This document shows, piece after piece, positions 36,979 through 50,400 of a stretch of 64,000 bases of DNA. The translations under genes and the position numbers were made by a program. Numbering within the stretch: position 1 is the stretch's first letter; each line of letters opens with the position of its first letter. Origin of the DNA: Amphiscolops sp. MND2022 (Eukaryota); the NCBI GenBank assembly GCA_964187785.1, contig OZ076409.1, positions 67,954,001 to 68,018,000 of the forward strand, given 5' to 3'. Below the pieces are notes generated by a model. The model was given only the letters and a program-made list of their open reading frames with translations. It was not told the origin of the DNA and searched no databases.

Positions 36979-37772
36979 TTCATGGTCAATACCATCTTAA
37001 AATGTTTTCCCCAATTTTTAAACTCCGTTTTTCTCAGTTTTTTGTAAAAACTTCTTTAACTGGGAGCGCACGAGCGCCACTACGGGAAAGAAAGTAGATA
37101 GAATGCACATGACTCAACGAAAGACTAGCAATTCGGTTCAAAGGACTTTTTCAATCGATTTAAAGGCTTTTTTTCGCCTTTAGGCCTGGAACTTCCTTTG
37201 GGAACACCGCTCGAGGAGTTAGTGGTGAAAAAAATGCGTTTTTTGGTTGCCTTCTGAACACTTGGTTTTAATTCAGTTCAAGCGCAGGGGGCAGTTGCAC
37301 TCTGAGGCCATACACCCACGGCATACTATCAAATAGTACTAACTAAATAACAACAACTAAAATTGCGCCATGGTCAATATTCATGGTCAATACCATCTTA
37401 AAATGTTTTTTCCCAATTTTTGAACTCCGCTTTTCTCAGTTTTTTGTAAAAACTTCTTTTACTGGGAGCGCACGAGCGCCACTACGGGAAAGACAGTAGA
37501 TAGAGTGCACATGACTCAACGAAAGACTAGCAATTCGGTTCAAAGGATTTTCTCAATCGATTTAAAGGCTTTTTTTCGCCTTTAGGCCTGGAACTTCCTT
37601 TGGGAACACCGCTCGAGGTGTTAGTGGTGAAAAAAATGCATTTTTTGGTTGTCTTCTGAACACTTGGTTTTAATTCAGTTCAAGCACAGGGGGCAGTTGC
37701 ACTCTGAGGCCATACACCTACGGCATACTATCAAATAGTACTAACTAAATAACAACAACTAAAATTGCGCCA
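36979..37772. repeat. Tandem duplication, 2 x ~400 bp
   Basis: Units start ttcatggtcaataccatcttaaaatg at ~36979 and ~37380 and are nearly identical. Confidence 0.9.
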
Positions 37773-37875
37773 ATTTAAGAGGTAGCTCCGATGTAAGGTA
37801 ACAGCAGTTTGGGCTAAGTTATGGCAGTTTCGTGGGCTATGAGCCCTCAAACTCACTGTTTTATTGGCTGTAGAT

Positions 37876-39021
37876 TCATTGTATAGCCGATTTGTGGCGG
37901 CTACAGGGTGAAACGTCTTTGGGTGGCGAGTTTCCGCTCGCCGAGGCTCGTCTGGATGGCACAGTAGTGTCCGTATCTGTGTCAATTGTCAGTCCACCGC
38001 TCGGGTCGACTAGTGCTGCGTTCGGTGTTAGCTCAGCGGCATGTTCAGCAGAGTGATCGGATATAACAGGCATAGCTGCATTTTCCCTGACTTCATTTAC
38101 CGGAGCCGCTTCCACAGTCCGTGGCTGCTCCAACGACATTGCCATTGTGGGGATTGGATTAGACTGCGGAGATTAGACTGGGGATTGTGGCGCGAAGATT
38201 CGTGAGAGCTCTCCATCAGCTCTGCTGGTGGCAGCTAGGGTCACGCGCTTGGATATCCAGCCTGTCTGTTTCCAGAGCCCGCAAGCTCTTTTCCATACCT
38301 CCAAAATGCTGATCTCTAGATTCAAACATTCCTCATCCCATTCGGCTCTTAGTTCAGGACCTAAGACGGAATTCACTACAGGCATGTCACCAGACATCGT
38401 CATCTTTCTTTGTGCAGGTTCGTACTGGACTGGAGCCATGCGATGGGAGAGATTACGTTTTCGTACTTGCGCGGCCACTTCAATCCATTGGTGGATGCGT
38501 GCGAAGTCCAGTTGTTGTAACTGGTGATCTAGGTATTCGTGCCCTCGAGCAATAGGGCGCGCGCGTGGGAAACCCACGGGCTCCTTCCAATACCGGTTGG
38601 GGACCTGGATGAATTTGAATTTGTAGTCGGCTCGGGCATTGGGACTACCCCTCAAATCAGCAATAATAATTTTACGCAGAGTTTCTGTGGACCATGGGAA
38701 TCTGAATGGTTGCCCCGGAAGGTCGACGGGAGCATTATACCAATTGGCTGGTCCGAATTCTCTTGGTAGCACAGTCGCTTTTTGCGTGCGGCCCCTAATG
38801 ACTCCGTTCATGTTTTACTCTGACTGCTGTTCAGTCTTGATGGCGGTGTAAGCCTGCGGCACCTCACTGCTCAGGAGTTCCTTGACAACGTTTTCAAAGC
38901 CCATGGGAGGACTATCTTGTAGATACGTGAAGATAGAAACTGTGGCTACATGCACAGCCATGGACACGGGTTTCGTCGGATATCGTAGCAGTCCTAAAGG
39001 TCCAAAAAATGGAAATAGCAC
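37876..39021 (-). pseudogene. Accessory ORF of unknown function (broken into 68/212/89-aa pieces)
   Basis: Consecutive same-strand ORFs with protein-like composition in GC-richer DNA inside the LTR pair; no motif recognised. Confidence 0.45.
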
Positions 39022-42000
39022 CGGGCAATGACTGGGACCAAGTCCTCAACTTCGGCCAATGTCAGGTCCGCTAGTTGTTGCGGCATGGGGAATTCCGCAT
39101 TCTCGCTGGGAAGCTCGATGGCTCGATTAAGGAGTGAGTGCGCTTAGTCCACTCCCACAAATAGGCCGGACGCAAAAACCAGCGACGAATATAAACAATA
39201 ATGTGGAGAAGCTCTCAGTTTCAGCAAAGGACGTTACGACTACCTAACGGAGTGTTATCGCGGGTAGTTGTTTTAGTTTTTTATAGGGGGCGATGTAGGC
39301 AAAATGATTATATTTTCAGGCTTTTCTGACCTCGAGTTGTCGTTTTTGATAAGAACCAATATGTTTCAAAGAGTTTTGAATTTTTCAAGAAGAATCGCTT
39401 TAGCAACGTAACAAACAGTGTTACAAAGGTCATTAATAAAAGTCTGATTTAATTAATAAAACCAACATATTTTTACTTTCCTAGCTTCATTTGTTCCTCG
39501 CCTAAAATTTCCTAGGTATCACAAAAATCGGGTTCGTTCACACAAAAACCCAGTTGATTCATTTTGTTTCAGTCCCGCGTCTGAAATTCAAGTATCGAAA
39601 TACCTCGTCTGGTCACCCTACCGTAATATTTGTTGAAATCATTTTTGTTCAAACGATACATTTCCTGTTTCAGCGTCAAAATGGGGGCAAAATGAGAGCC
39701 TGCTTGATGTTTTCATCGACGGAGGCACGCCGGCGTGATCAATTTGTCAATTTCCAAGTTGGGAGATCAAGTGCTCAAATCAAAACAAAAGTATGACTAG
39801 CAAAAATGACAGCGTAACTGAATCGGAGTTAAAAACTTTGAGATCGGAAACATCTGAATACTGATGAAAAGGAACAAATGATGCCGGAATAACAATTTCC
39901 AGTTTTTGCCATTATTTTCAGCACGAACATGAAACGACAGAAATTTATCTAAGCTAAACATACAATCACATAAAAACTAAAACAACGGAAACCTTTCCCA
40001 CCGAATTCCACACCTTGAAAAATGCTAATCAGATCATCTGTTTATAACATAAACACATTATTACTTCGATTGACAATTTCGATTCAATAGTATATATGCA
40101 GAGCACTCAATAAAAACACTGGTATGAAAGTCATCTGAAAGGAAGCATCCATTCATAAGAGGTTGTCCTTACGTTGCATTCTATTCTGTATAGCTTTGCG
40201 CTGTTAAAATTCGCTATGTAGTCACTCCGTACGTATTAAGATTAGACATAGCTGTAATTTGTTCCGTAATTGCTCCGTACGTATTAAGATTAGGCATTGC
40301 TGAGCGGTGGTTTACGGAGGTATTACGGCAAGCTCAAAAATCATTGCAATTCTCGTACTTGTAACGTCACAAAAATCATTACAAATAACAACGTATTGCT
40401 AGCATAGCTATCTTGATGGCGACACAAAAACTATTCTGATTAGTTCATCAAAGCAAATTCAATAGTAATCGCATTCAAAGCGATAACAGCCGGGAGCGAG
40501 CTGTGACAGGCCCACTCGGAAAGGAACGAAGGTTATATGCGGGTTTTTGTCATTTCACTTGTTTCTTACATCTAAGTGGATTGTCAATTTCCGAATAAAA
40601 TTCGTAGTCTTTTGGGTTCAGTACTTTCACTAACTGATGCACTGCAGGGCGTTCCCATTGTTAGCAAAACCAATGTGCGTTTTTCTACTGTGTTACACGA
40701 ACGTTCTACTATCGCATTATTCCTCAAGTTGGTCTGCAGATTCTCCCTTCCATTATTCTTTGTGATTCTTACCTTCATGAAATGGCCAGTTTCAATATGT
40801 AAGTCACAACTTAGATTTTCTGGCGCGCCGATTGAGAATCAATCATAGTCCCAAGACCTGGATTCCTGTCCCGTCGTCCAACGTCAGCTTTCCGTTCATG
40901 GAGATGTTCTTTCTGTCGTTGCTCAGTGTTATACTGACCCGTGTAAAATTGCTACATCTCGCTCGAGCGAGATAATTCATCCCTATTTTGGAATGAAAGT
41001 CACAGAGATTTTGTCTTTCATTTCTTTCTGTACTGGCTCAATGATCTGTGGGTGTCCTACGGAACATTTTCGGAGTTCTGTAACGTAGAAAACACGGTGA
41101 CAAGATTTGCTTGTGTTTGCTGGGTAGGCTTTCCTGCATTCATCAGTCGACAATTAGTTAGAAGAAATTTCCACTGTTTCCTGCTATCGATGGAAGACGA
41201 AGAAGTTGTTTCCACCACTGTTGCTGCAATTGGTTTCATCAGTGGGATCGAAACTGTATACAATTACTCCGATGATGGAAGTTGTACGTGTCGTTTCAGG
41301 TTGGTAAAATCTTTCTGACTTCCGTGGGAGTTTGAAATGTTGTTCTTTGGTGATCAGCCAAGTCAGCCTCACCCAATTTTCTGACTCGTCTGAATCCAGA
41401 TCTTCATTTTCAGTAACTAAACCTGGCACTTTCTTATCTGTTCCCGCTACACTTACGGGTGAATTTTTTTCTGGTGCTCTGGGGTTGCCTCCATTTTCCT
41501 CCACTGTCTTGATTATCATGTCATGCAGTCGTTGGTTCAGCGTTCTCAGTTGGGGACGAATTTAGTGAAAAAAATTGAAGAAACCGTGATCCGTTTTCCT
41601 GGAAAAGGTAATAATTACACGCACTTTTTCAGACCACAAAAACATGGTCAATGTTGGCACAATTTGTGAAGTTGAAAATCAGTGACTGACTGCTCATTTT
41701 CGAGATCAAAACGTAACAGTAATCGTTCCATTCCAAAGTAACCTTTTTACGTTTTCCGTTCGTTATCTCTTCTCGTTCCGGGTTCAGATTGAATTCGGCT
41801 GTTCTCCTTGCTTCTGTTCTGTTCCAGTGGAGCATCTGTTGTTGTTGATTTGGTCGTTCGTGGAATCGTTTTGACTCCTGTCACCGTGTTCGACTACCAC
41901 ATATATACTAAAACAACGGAGACCTTTCGGTCAGCAAATTCCACACTTTGAAAAATGCTAATCAGATCATCGGTTTATAACAGAAACACATTATTACTTC

Positions 42001-42719
42001 GATTGACAATTTCGATTCAATAGTATAAGTGCAGAACACTCAATGAAAACACTGGTATGAAGTTCATCTGAAAGGAAGCATCCATTCATATGACGTTGTC
42101 CTTTCGTGCACTCTGTTCACAAAATCTTTGCAATTCTGCAATTCCTGAGGAAAATTGATACTTAATTGTGTTCAATTCCCTAATTTTGTAACTACAATCG
42201 TATAATTGCTCTGTAGTCGCTCGGTACGTATTAAGATAAGGTATAGCTTTGCACTCTTACCATTCGCTCCGTAGGCTATCACCTCATTTGCGGTCATTAG
42301 TTCGAGTGTGTCCGTGAGTTTCTTCACTTGCGTACGACTCAAATTGAACTCGTCGGTTACCACATCTAAGTTCCAACCCAAGCCGAAACCCGTCAATAAG
42401 GCTGGAATGATGACAGACAGCGCTGGGAGGGTGACCGTTGCAAGCCGGTCTTGATACCATTCACCATATGTGATCTCGCGGGCTTGTATGGTCTGCTCCA
42501 AGGTCACGGCCTCATGTGCTACGATGTGTCGTTAGCCTAAGGGTAGCTTAATGATCTCTGTGTTTTCGGCGAAGTGAATTTGAGGGATTGTACGTTCTAC
42601 CTCACGACTTGCTGGCCATCTGCCGATCTGATCCCACAATCGGCCAGGTCCGCCTTTACAGTGGTGGGGGTGGTCTCATGGACCAACCTGTTATATCGGC
42701 GCATGTTTTTGCGCTCCCG

Positions 42720-44363
42720 TTAGGTGGCATCGGGAAGGAGGCGGTTGCCTTCTTCATCACATGTGAGACGACCCAGACGCATGCCGTGGTCATAAATGAT
42801 GGCGTCGTCCCATGTCAATTGCGCTTTGCCATTTCTTTCTAGCGTCTGCATCATACGGGATACTGCTGCCAGGTTTGCATGAACCCCGACAGCGCTGCTG
42901 GACGCAAATCGTTTTGTCCAACGCACAGGTTGAGAGCCCACACAAAAAATTCGATGTTTCTTGCCATGCAGACTTCGCTCAGCATGTACACGAAATTCTG
43001 TAACGCACTTCCCTAGTACAACATGCCTGGAGGCGACACAAAAAGAACGGGAGTGCTCAGCTGTGTGCAAAGTAGTTCTGCTGTTCTTTCCATTGCTGTT
43101 GCAACTTGATGTAATACTCGTGCCACTTCATTCCTGGCTGCCTCGCGATTAGGCATTACGCGCAGTATCCTTGGTAGGTCTTGTAACAGACCCTCACAGG
43201 CCATGTGGTCGACCAAGTTGGTGAAGATGAATCGCTTGGGGGTGGCTCCTCCGCTATCTGTGGCAGACAGGCAAGGGGCATGGTAACCACCAATACGTCT
43301 GGCACGATGTTGTCCATTGGTAGGTCACATGGGACCGTGGAGTCTATCATTACGCAAAATCGCGTGCGCTGTATCAAAGTCTTGGGTATGTGCTTCAAGG
43401 ATTCCAGACTCCGGGGATACACACTGTGGGTCTCCCAGGTCTCGCCGGCTTGTAAGGAATGTCTTGCATTGAATTGTGCGAGCAAGTTGTTTTGCATAAG
43501 TTGTAGATAGTTGTCATGGGCGAGCGCCAGTCGTGCTAAAACGCGCTGTTCCTATGCCTGCTCGCCAATGTCAACGTCAAAGGAACGAAGTGTTCTCGAC
43601 AAATGAGCCACTATCGATTTCTCAATTGCGCATGATCCGCACCGGAAGGAGGAACACGCTGTCGATCTCTGGACTACCTATCCGACATTCGTGGGGCCAC
43701 CTGCCGGATTCGATGTGCATCTCTGGTCACCAGCGAACCAGCAACGTCTTTTGAAGGTGGATAGTACAGCGGGACCTTAGTTGCCGTTCTCTCCGTTGAG
43801 GCTGAACTGGAGGACGCGGTGTTTGCTGTGCCCTCGATCACAGAAGAAGGGCTGGGAGCGTAACGTTCCATCACTTCACTTATCCAAAGTTGGTGCTCAG
43901 CAACTCCTTGGAAGCCCATCTTCGGGAGCTCTGGAATTACTACTGAACGTGGCGCGTTGTTCCGTTTGTCGGGAGGAGGACGACTAGTCGGACTTTCACT
44001 CGTACTTGCCGCTCCCGTTAGTTCGTGGGGTGAGACTCTTTCACGCCCATGCTCTTCATCTGAGACCGGCGACATCTCTTGGATTGGAAATAATGCACAT
44101 TGTGTTGTACTGCTGGGTCCTGGACCTTGACTGGTTCTTGTCGACATACAGCCCTCGAGCTGTAAAGGCGTGTCAATCAATGATTGCAGGCCAGGAAGAC
44201 TGCGAGATACAGTTTCCATGAAGCCTCTGGACTCTGGATAGTTGGCTACAGCTTGCAAGGCTTGAATTACTGCTTGCTCGCTTGGCGTTCGGTTAGTCAT
44301 GTTGGAGCTATTAGTGGGCGGGTTAAGGGAGCACTGAAGACTGTACCGATTGTACTCTAACAC
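42720..44363 (-). pseudogene. Accessory ORF: low-complexity N-terminus plus SGNH-hydrolase-fold-like domain
   Basis: Across frameshifts: FCVMIDST...VLVVTMPLACLPQIAE...PKRFIFTNLVDH...VLFVSPPG...LSEVCMARNIEF...NDLRP. Confidence 0.45.
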
Positions 44364-45241
44364 TGGATACCTGACTGGAGCTCGCGAGCTCTAAATTTGA
44401 GGACGAACTGGCACTGTGCAGTATCATGTGTGGTGCCTGTACAGCGGCGGGAGCACTAGCATAGTGTGTTGGGTGCCACTGAAGCGAGTGTGGGCACCAA
44501 TTGCTGCTCGTTTGGCAAGTAGACTGATTGAGGTTGAGGTTGTGGTTGAAATACCATGTAGGCCGGTGGCAGTTGCTGGGTTGCCTGCACGCTAGAAGGT
44601 ACGCGTAGCGTAGCCCCTGTTCAAACGTGGTTTGCGTGTTAGGGCCATAAACTACAGTACACCGGTCATCCAGGAAGGGGTGTGTCAAATCGTAGCTATC
44701 TCATACTCCATTGCGGCAGGTCATAGTACGCTTGTACCCAGCTACGTCGGCTACAATTGATACCGCCATACTCTGCAACGTGGTCTGCGACTCCAATTGG
44801 GCCAACAAGGCAAAGATACCGGCCATTACGTAGCCTTTCTTCGATGAACTGTACTTGATTGGTACGCTGCACTAGAGCAGCGTCATGAATTGGTGCGGTG
44901 CTAGCAGGCACTGATGAAGAAGCTGTGTGATGGTAAGCTATCTTATCATTGGTGTAAAAACAAGTACTCATCAGACCTGCTTCGTCTCATAAACTCTTAG
45001 GCAGTAAAATGAAAATTGTGAGCTCCTTAAGGGAGCTCGGTAGCTACCAACGGTCAACGTTACATTACGCAGTAGTAAGTTATGGGGAAACTGGTTAGAT
45101 ATTAGCTATCATTACTTTGTATTTACACGTAGAGATACTGCAAATTGAAGGAAGCGCTTAAAGCACTTCTGAAGTTACACAACATAAACATGAGACATGG
45201 CAGAATTCCTGCCGGTCATGGTACCAATATCTGAATTTGTT

Positions 45242-46532
45242 CTATGGTAGTTCATTGCCTACCTCAATGCCCAAAATAAGCCCATACACGCCAATTTGTG
45301 TTCCCACAAATAGATCCATCATCAATTGATATAGGTTGGCCAAAGAGTGCACTGGCCTTTCAGGATCCAGCGTTGGAACGAGAAAACTAGAAATTCCCCT
45401 GTCTTCAAGCCACGCTATCAACTTCTCCAAACAGAGTAGAAAGTCCTCCACTATCGGCGGCGCACGCTGATTTGCACGGGTTATCATTAAGAGGATTGCT
45501 TGAGTTGGTATATTCGTGATCGAGGGAGTTAGCGTTAGTATTTCCCCCACTTGCGGACGGAAATAGAACCCTTGTTCCTGGCCACATTCACGCAGCACAT
45601 AGCGCAGCGCGATCAAATAGTCTCCAAGTCTGCGGGGCATGCCAAGGCAATGTGACCTTCAGCTTGCAGAAAACCGGTGGTTTCGTACAAACGGTATTCC
45701 ACAATGTTAGGACTTAGAGTGCATGGGTAGACAATTTCTCGTCCAGATCCGTTGTCAGGGTGTAGGCACACACGTGGGGTACGATCTTGTATCGCAGCCA
45801 CATCTTGCCATACGGAACGTGGCAACACTTGATTGTCCACTTTCGCCCAGACCCATGTGTCCAGCGTGCTCACCGCTGCCTTAACCTGCAAGGGTTTCTC
45901 GCATGTGTGGGCCCAACCATCTAATAGTGAAATTCGGGAGTAGTTGACAAAGCACGTGATGATCAATTCGTCCAACCACCAGCGAAACTTCACTTTACCC
46001 CTATACCAATCGATAAGGTGGAAGCATAAAATTAGCTCTTCCGTGGTGGAAGTCCTCAGACTTTCCAAGCATAACAACAAGTGCTGTGGGTTTATTAACG
46101 TATCGACGCGTGGAGCAGTCACCAATAACCACCGGTGAAGGGCGGGTCAGTAGACGCCACCAGGCTCGACTTCTACCCGTATCGGTCGAGCAGCAGGTCA
46201 GCAGTAATGCACCTGGCCATTTGCACTGGCCCTCGCTCGAAATTGAACAGGCCAAACACGATGTTAGGGGGAACTGGTGGAACTACCGTTGCTAGCGTAA
46301 ACTCAAGGCCTTTGCCATCGCTCGTACATTCTTTGAATCGGGGACAGCGCGCTTTGGCTACACCTGGTACTACAACTTGTTGTAGGATTATCTGAGCAGA
46401 GTGGTTACCGGTCCTTTCTACATCAGCGAAGGTCTTTTCCGCTCGTACAACAATGCGGTGAACTAAGTCCTCGTTCTGTCGTGTTTCCGGGACTCGCCGG
46501 GCTCCAATGGGAACCTCCCGGTTCTCATTCAC
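45242..46532 (-). pseudogene. Accessory ORF with C-terminal TARG1/OARD1-like macrodomain
   Basis: HIALACPADLETI/ALRYVLRECGQ..RPQVGEILTL..AILLMITRANQRAPP..DFLLCLEKL..RGISSFLVPTLD..LYQLMMDLFVGTQIGVY follows the macrodomain pattern LAHCVSADL..VG.V..IYYLITK..P..L..L..MP.I..VF..I.VY. Confidence 0.6.
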
Positions 46533-47419
46533 GGCTAATATGCAGACGCAGTCGCGTAGACTTTTTGTTCCATATTTGTAGCGAGACCATCATTTTTGCC
46601 TTAGTTGATACCGTGAAGCTTGAGACTCTGCCTGCTTCTCCCTCGGAATCGAAGTTACATCTCTAGCATTTCTAGCCGGAACTTTCCGTTGACGCGACAC
46701 CCGCGTTTTCTTTCGAGGTCTCCCACTCCCCTTTTGGAAGAAGGAGCGGTTGGTTACTTAGGAGCAACCAGAGCAGTATCGTTGAACGAAGGAGATTAAG
46801 GGTGCGACAAGGACATGTTAGAGACCTCACCTTGGTTAGGCCATATAGGATAGTTGCTGAGGCAATCAGTGAGGGAAGGTTGAATCAGCAATGGGGCAGA
46901 CGTACCAACCAAGGATTGCTCTGGTGGGTTGTCTGAGGGCGACAGTTGTGGTGACGGTGAGCAGGCGAGCTCGTGGTCAGAAAACAGTTGAGGTAGGCAA
47001 TCGTTAAAGGAGATGTCAGACACAGGATCTGGGGGGTCTGGATCCAACAGGTGGGTCTGGAGGCAACGTGGTTTGGTCCAGGTCCTGTGGGTTGGTGGGA
47101 ATCGGGAATCCGGAGCATGGCCCGGGAAGGTTCATCGCCTGTGTTTGACGTTGAGTAGTCAAATTGCTGATAATGTAATCGTTAACCTCCTGCGCGTAGT
47201 TTAGTACAGAGTCCCGTATTCATCCAGTGCCGTCGACGGGAGGGCAATGATACATTTGATGCTTCTGAAATTATTTGTTCAGATTTGTAACAGGGTTGAG
47301 ACAGGTCATCGTTTATAGGTTCAACAGAGCGCTCGGGCTCCGGATCCATGACGACGGCGATTTCGCCAGTGCCAAGGGGGGTAGTGGCGAACTATGTTGG
47401 GCCACTATGATTCAGTTTA

Positions 47420-50400
47420 AGACGTTCAAAGTGCACTTTTTGCCCAGTGTCTAAAATGTAGACACGGCTTCTTGTAAAACATGAGCAACACATCGGGGGC
47501 CGCGCCAAGCGCCCATCAATTTGGGAGAACCTTTTTGTTGAACATATCGACAAAAAACCCAAACTAAATAGCCGTGCTTGTACGCTTTGGCAAGAATGGC
47601 ACGATCGTATTTGAGTTTTTGACGCAACAGAGCTTGGTGAGTGTTGCGACGTACTAAGTCATGAATTTCTTGTTCGCGTGCCAACATGTGGTCCATGTAA
47701 GCATCATGAGTTGCAAAAGATTGAGTCGCAAACTCAGGGAAAGGTACGTAAGTGGTATTGCTTTCTCGGTACCACGCGTCAACACGTGGGGAAAAAACCC
47801 TGTTGTTGCGTGTGGGGTGGGGTTGTATGCACCAAGTACTTCATCAAGGTGTCTATCCCAGTCGCGCATTCTGCAGAAACATAACACTCGCAGTAACGTC
47901 AGCAACGTGCGGATCTGACGCTCCACCAATCCCTGGGTGCGCGGGTGAACCGCGGTAGAAGTGACCTTGGTGACTTGCGAGGCCTTCATGAACTCGTTCG
48001 AGACTTCGGCAATCAAACTGGGAGCGTTGTCGGATTGCATGCGCGTGGGCGTGCCGTGTCGGGCAAACCATTTTTGAAGCAGCAGACAAGACGTGGTTGA
48101 TATCGTCATACTCTTTGTGACTGCAAGGTACAGCCTCAGCGAATTTGGAGGAGTGGTCAAAGATGACCAAGATTCCCGTATTGCCATCAGAGTGGCACAG
48201 CTTCATGTGATCATATTGGACCAGCTCGTTGAAGTACCCACTCTGGATGTTCTTGAGATGAAAACGGACGTCGCCAGGTTTATCTCGTACTTACTGACAA
48301 GTAAGGCATTGACTGACGTATTCTCCTACAGTGCGACGAATCCCTGGCTATGTGTGGCGTTCTTGGATACGTGCAACAACTTTGCTGATGCCTTGGTGAC
48401 CTATAGCATCGTGTGCACGAAAAAGAATCTCATGCTGCTACAACTCGGGCATCGCAATCTTGCAAGGCCGTTCATGCAATAGTCGCTGCGATAGAGGATA
48501 TTTCGCAGAGAGAATTCCGTTGGAAATCAAGTATAGTAATTCTTTTTTGTTTGAAATAGTTGCGGGCAAAAGCTCGCACATCCTCCGGAAAGATGTCTTG
48601 TTCAATGTCTTCGTTCTCAACCAATTTTGTAAGTGCCAAGACGTGAACGTCTCGGTTCTGGGCTAGCACTAAATCCATGAATCCATGGACAGTGTGGGAA
48701 TGCTCAAGAAGTTCGGTGCCAAGTCTTCGAATAGCAAGCACTGCCTGCTTGACGTTATTGGGAGCTTTTTGTAACACAGTTCCACTGGCTTCGGCCAGCG
48801 CGTAGGTTGTGCGTCACGCGACATTTTTCACGTGGTTCGGTAGCAAGTAATCGCGGCTTGCTTCTTCGGTTGCATCTATCCAGTCTTCGGGATAGTCTGG
48901 ATAGAAGTCTTCGTGTGCTGTAGTACAGGTGGGGGAGGCAGCGGTAGTGGTGCTTGCCAAACCTCTTTCTGTTTTTCTCGTAGTTTGGTCCGCTGTGTGC
49001 GACGAAAAACTCGTTGAACCGTGTTAGGAGCGGTTGGTGAAACTAGGTGCGATGGCAAGTCAGGATGGTTTGGTTTTACTCGGCCTTGCACGTCAAACCA
49101 TGGTGCGGTGGGCAATCTTTCATTTTCATCCTGAGACAAAAAGTTCCAGCGTTCAGCTACAGTTGGTAGCTTTGCTAGTTGTTGTTTGCGGCGTCGATAA
49201 TCAATATTCCGTTTAGACAAACCATCGGCATTGCGATGTTGTGTTCGCGGTCGATGTTCCACGGGAAATGGTACTTTTCAATTGCTATTATCCATCGACC
49301 AATGAGAGCCTGATCGGTTGAATAAGTTTTCAACCACGATAATGCTTGGTTGCTTGGTTGCCCACTCCTAAAGTGAACTCTCGTGGACATAAATAGCTGT
49401 GATTTTTGACGATGAAATGGTGCGCGGCGTACATCTCCACTTTGGGAGCTCCATATTTTGCCTGCGTAGCAGTCAACTTCTTGCTGCCGTAGACAATGGG
49501 TCGGAGACGTCTGTCCCCTGGAGGATCTTGCTGTTAATGCAGAATACCCGAATTGGCCACGACGCTAGCATCAGTGTCCAGCACAAACTCGACTTCTGAG
49601 TCTGGCTTTGCGAGAGCAGTTGCCTCAATTAGTGCCTTCTTGATTTCATTCAAGGCCTGTTGCTGTTCAGACCCCCACATGAAGGTGGCAGTCACGCCAG
49701 TGATGGTGTGCAAGGGAGCACCAAGTTTGGCATGCGATGGAAATAATTCACGATAGTAATTGGCAAAGCCCTGAAAGCTTTGCATCTCTGTTTGGTTGCG
49801 GGGAATATCCCAGTCTCGCAATTTTGCCACAGCTTTGGGGTCAGCCTTTATGCCCTCTGTTGACACCACTCGACCCAAATATATGATTTCGGATTTCTTG
49901 AAATCACACTTGGCCGCTCTCGTTTTGAATCCAGCTTCACGCAGACATTCGAAGACCTCGCGGAGACGCACCATGTGGTCTTCCACTGTCTCGGTGGCTA
50001 TTACGATATCATCGATGTAGGCCATTACCATGTTACCTTCTCGATTAACAATTTTGAGTAGCGCCCGGGCTATCGCTCTCCGAAAAGTGGCGGAAGCATT
50101 AGACATGCCAAAGGGCATGCGTCTTCACTCGAAACGTCCTAGCTCGAAAGCAAATGCGGTCTTTTGGCTGTCAGCCTTTCTGACGAGGATTGCCAGAAAG
50201 CCCAGGCCAAGTCAATGCTGGTGTAGATTTTGGTTTTACCCAGCCTGGCCAGACTTTCGTCGATGCCTGGTAACAGGTAGGCGTCTTCGACTGTTACCTC
50301 ATTCAATGGGCGGAAGTCACAACAAAACCATAACTCACCGTTCTTTTTCTCGACCAAGACGATACCGTTGGCCCAAGAGTTCAGTGAGGGTTGGATTATT

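Noticed and set aside
37905..37965. Hammerhead-like CAGACGA...GAAAC on the minus strand
   Set aside because: The core has CAGA instead of CUGA, stems I and III do not pair convincingly, and it lies in an ORF-like region.
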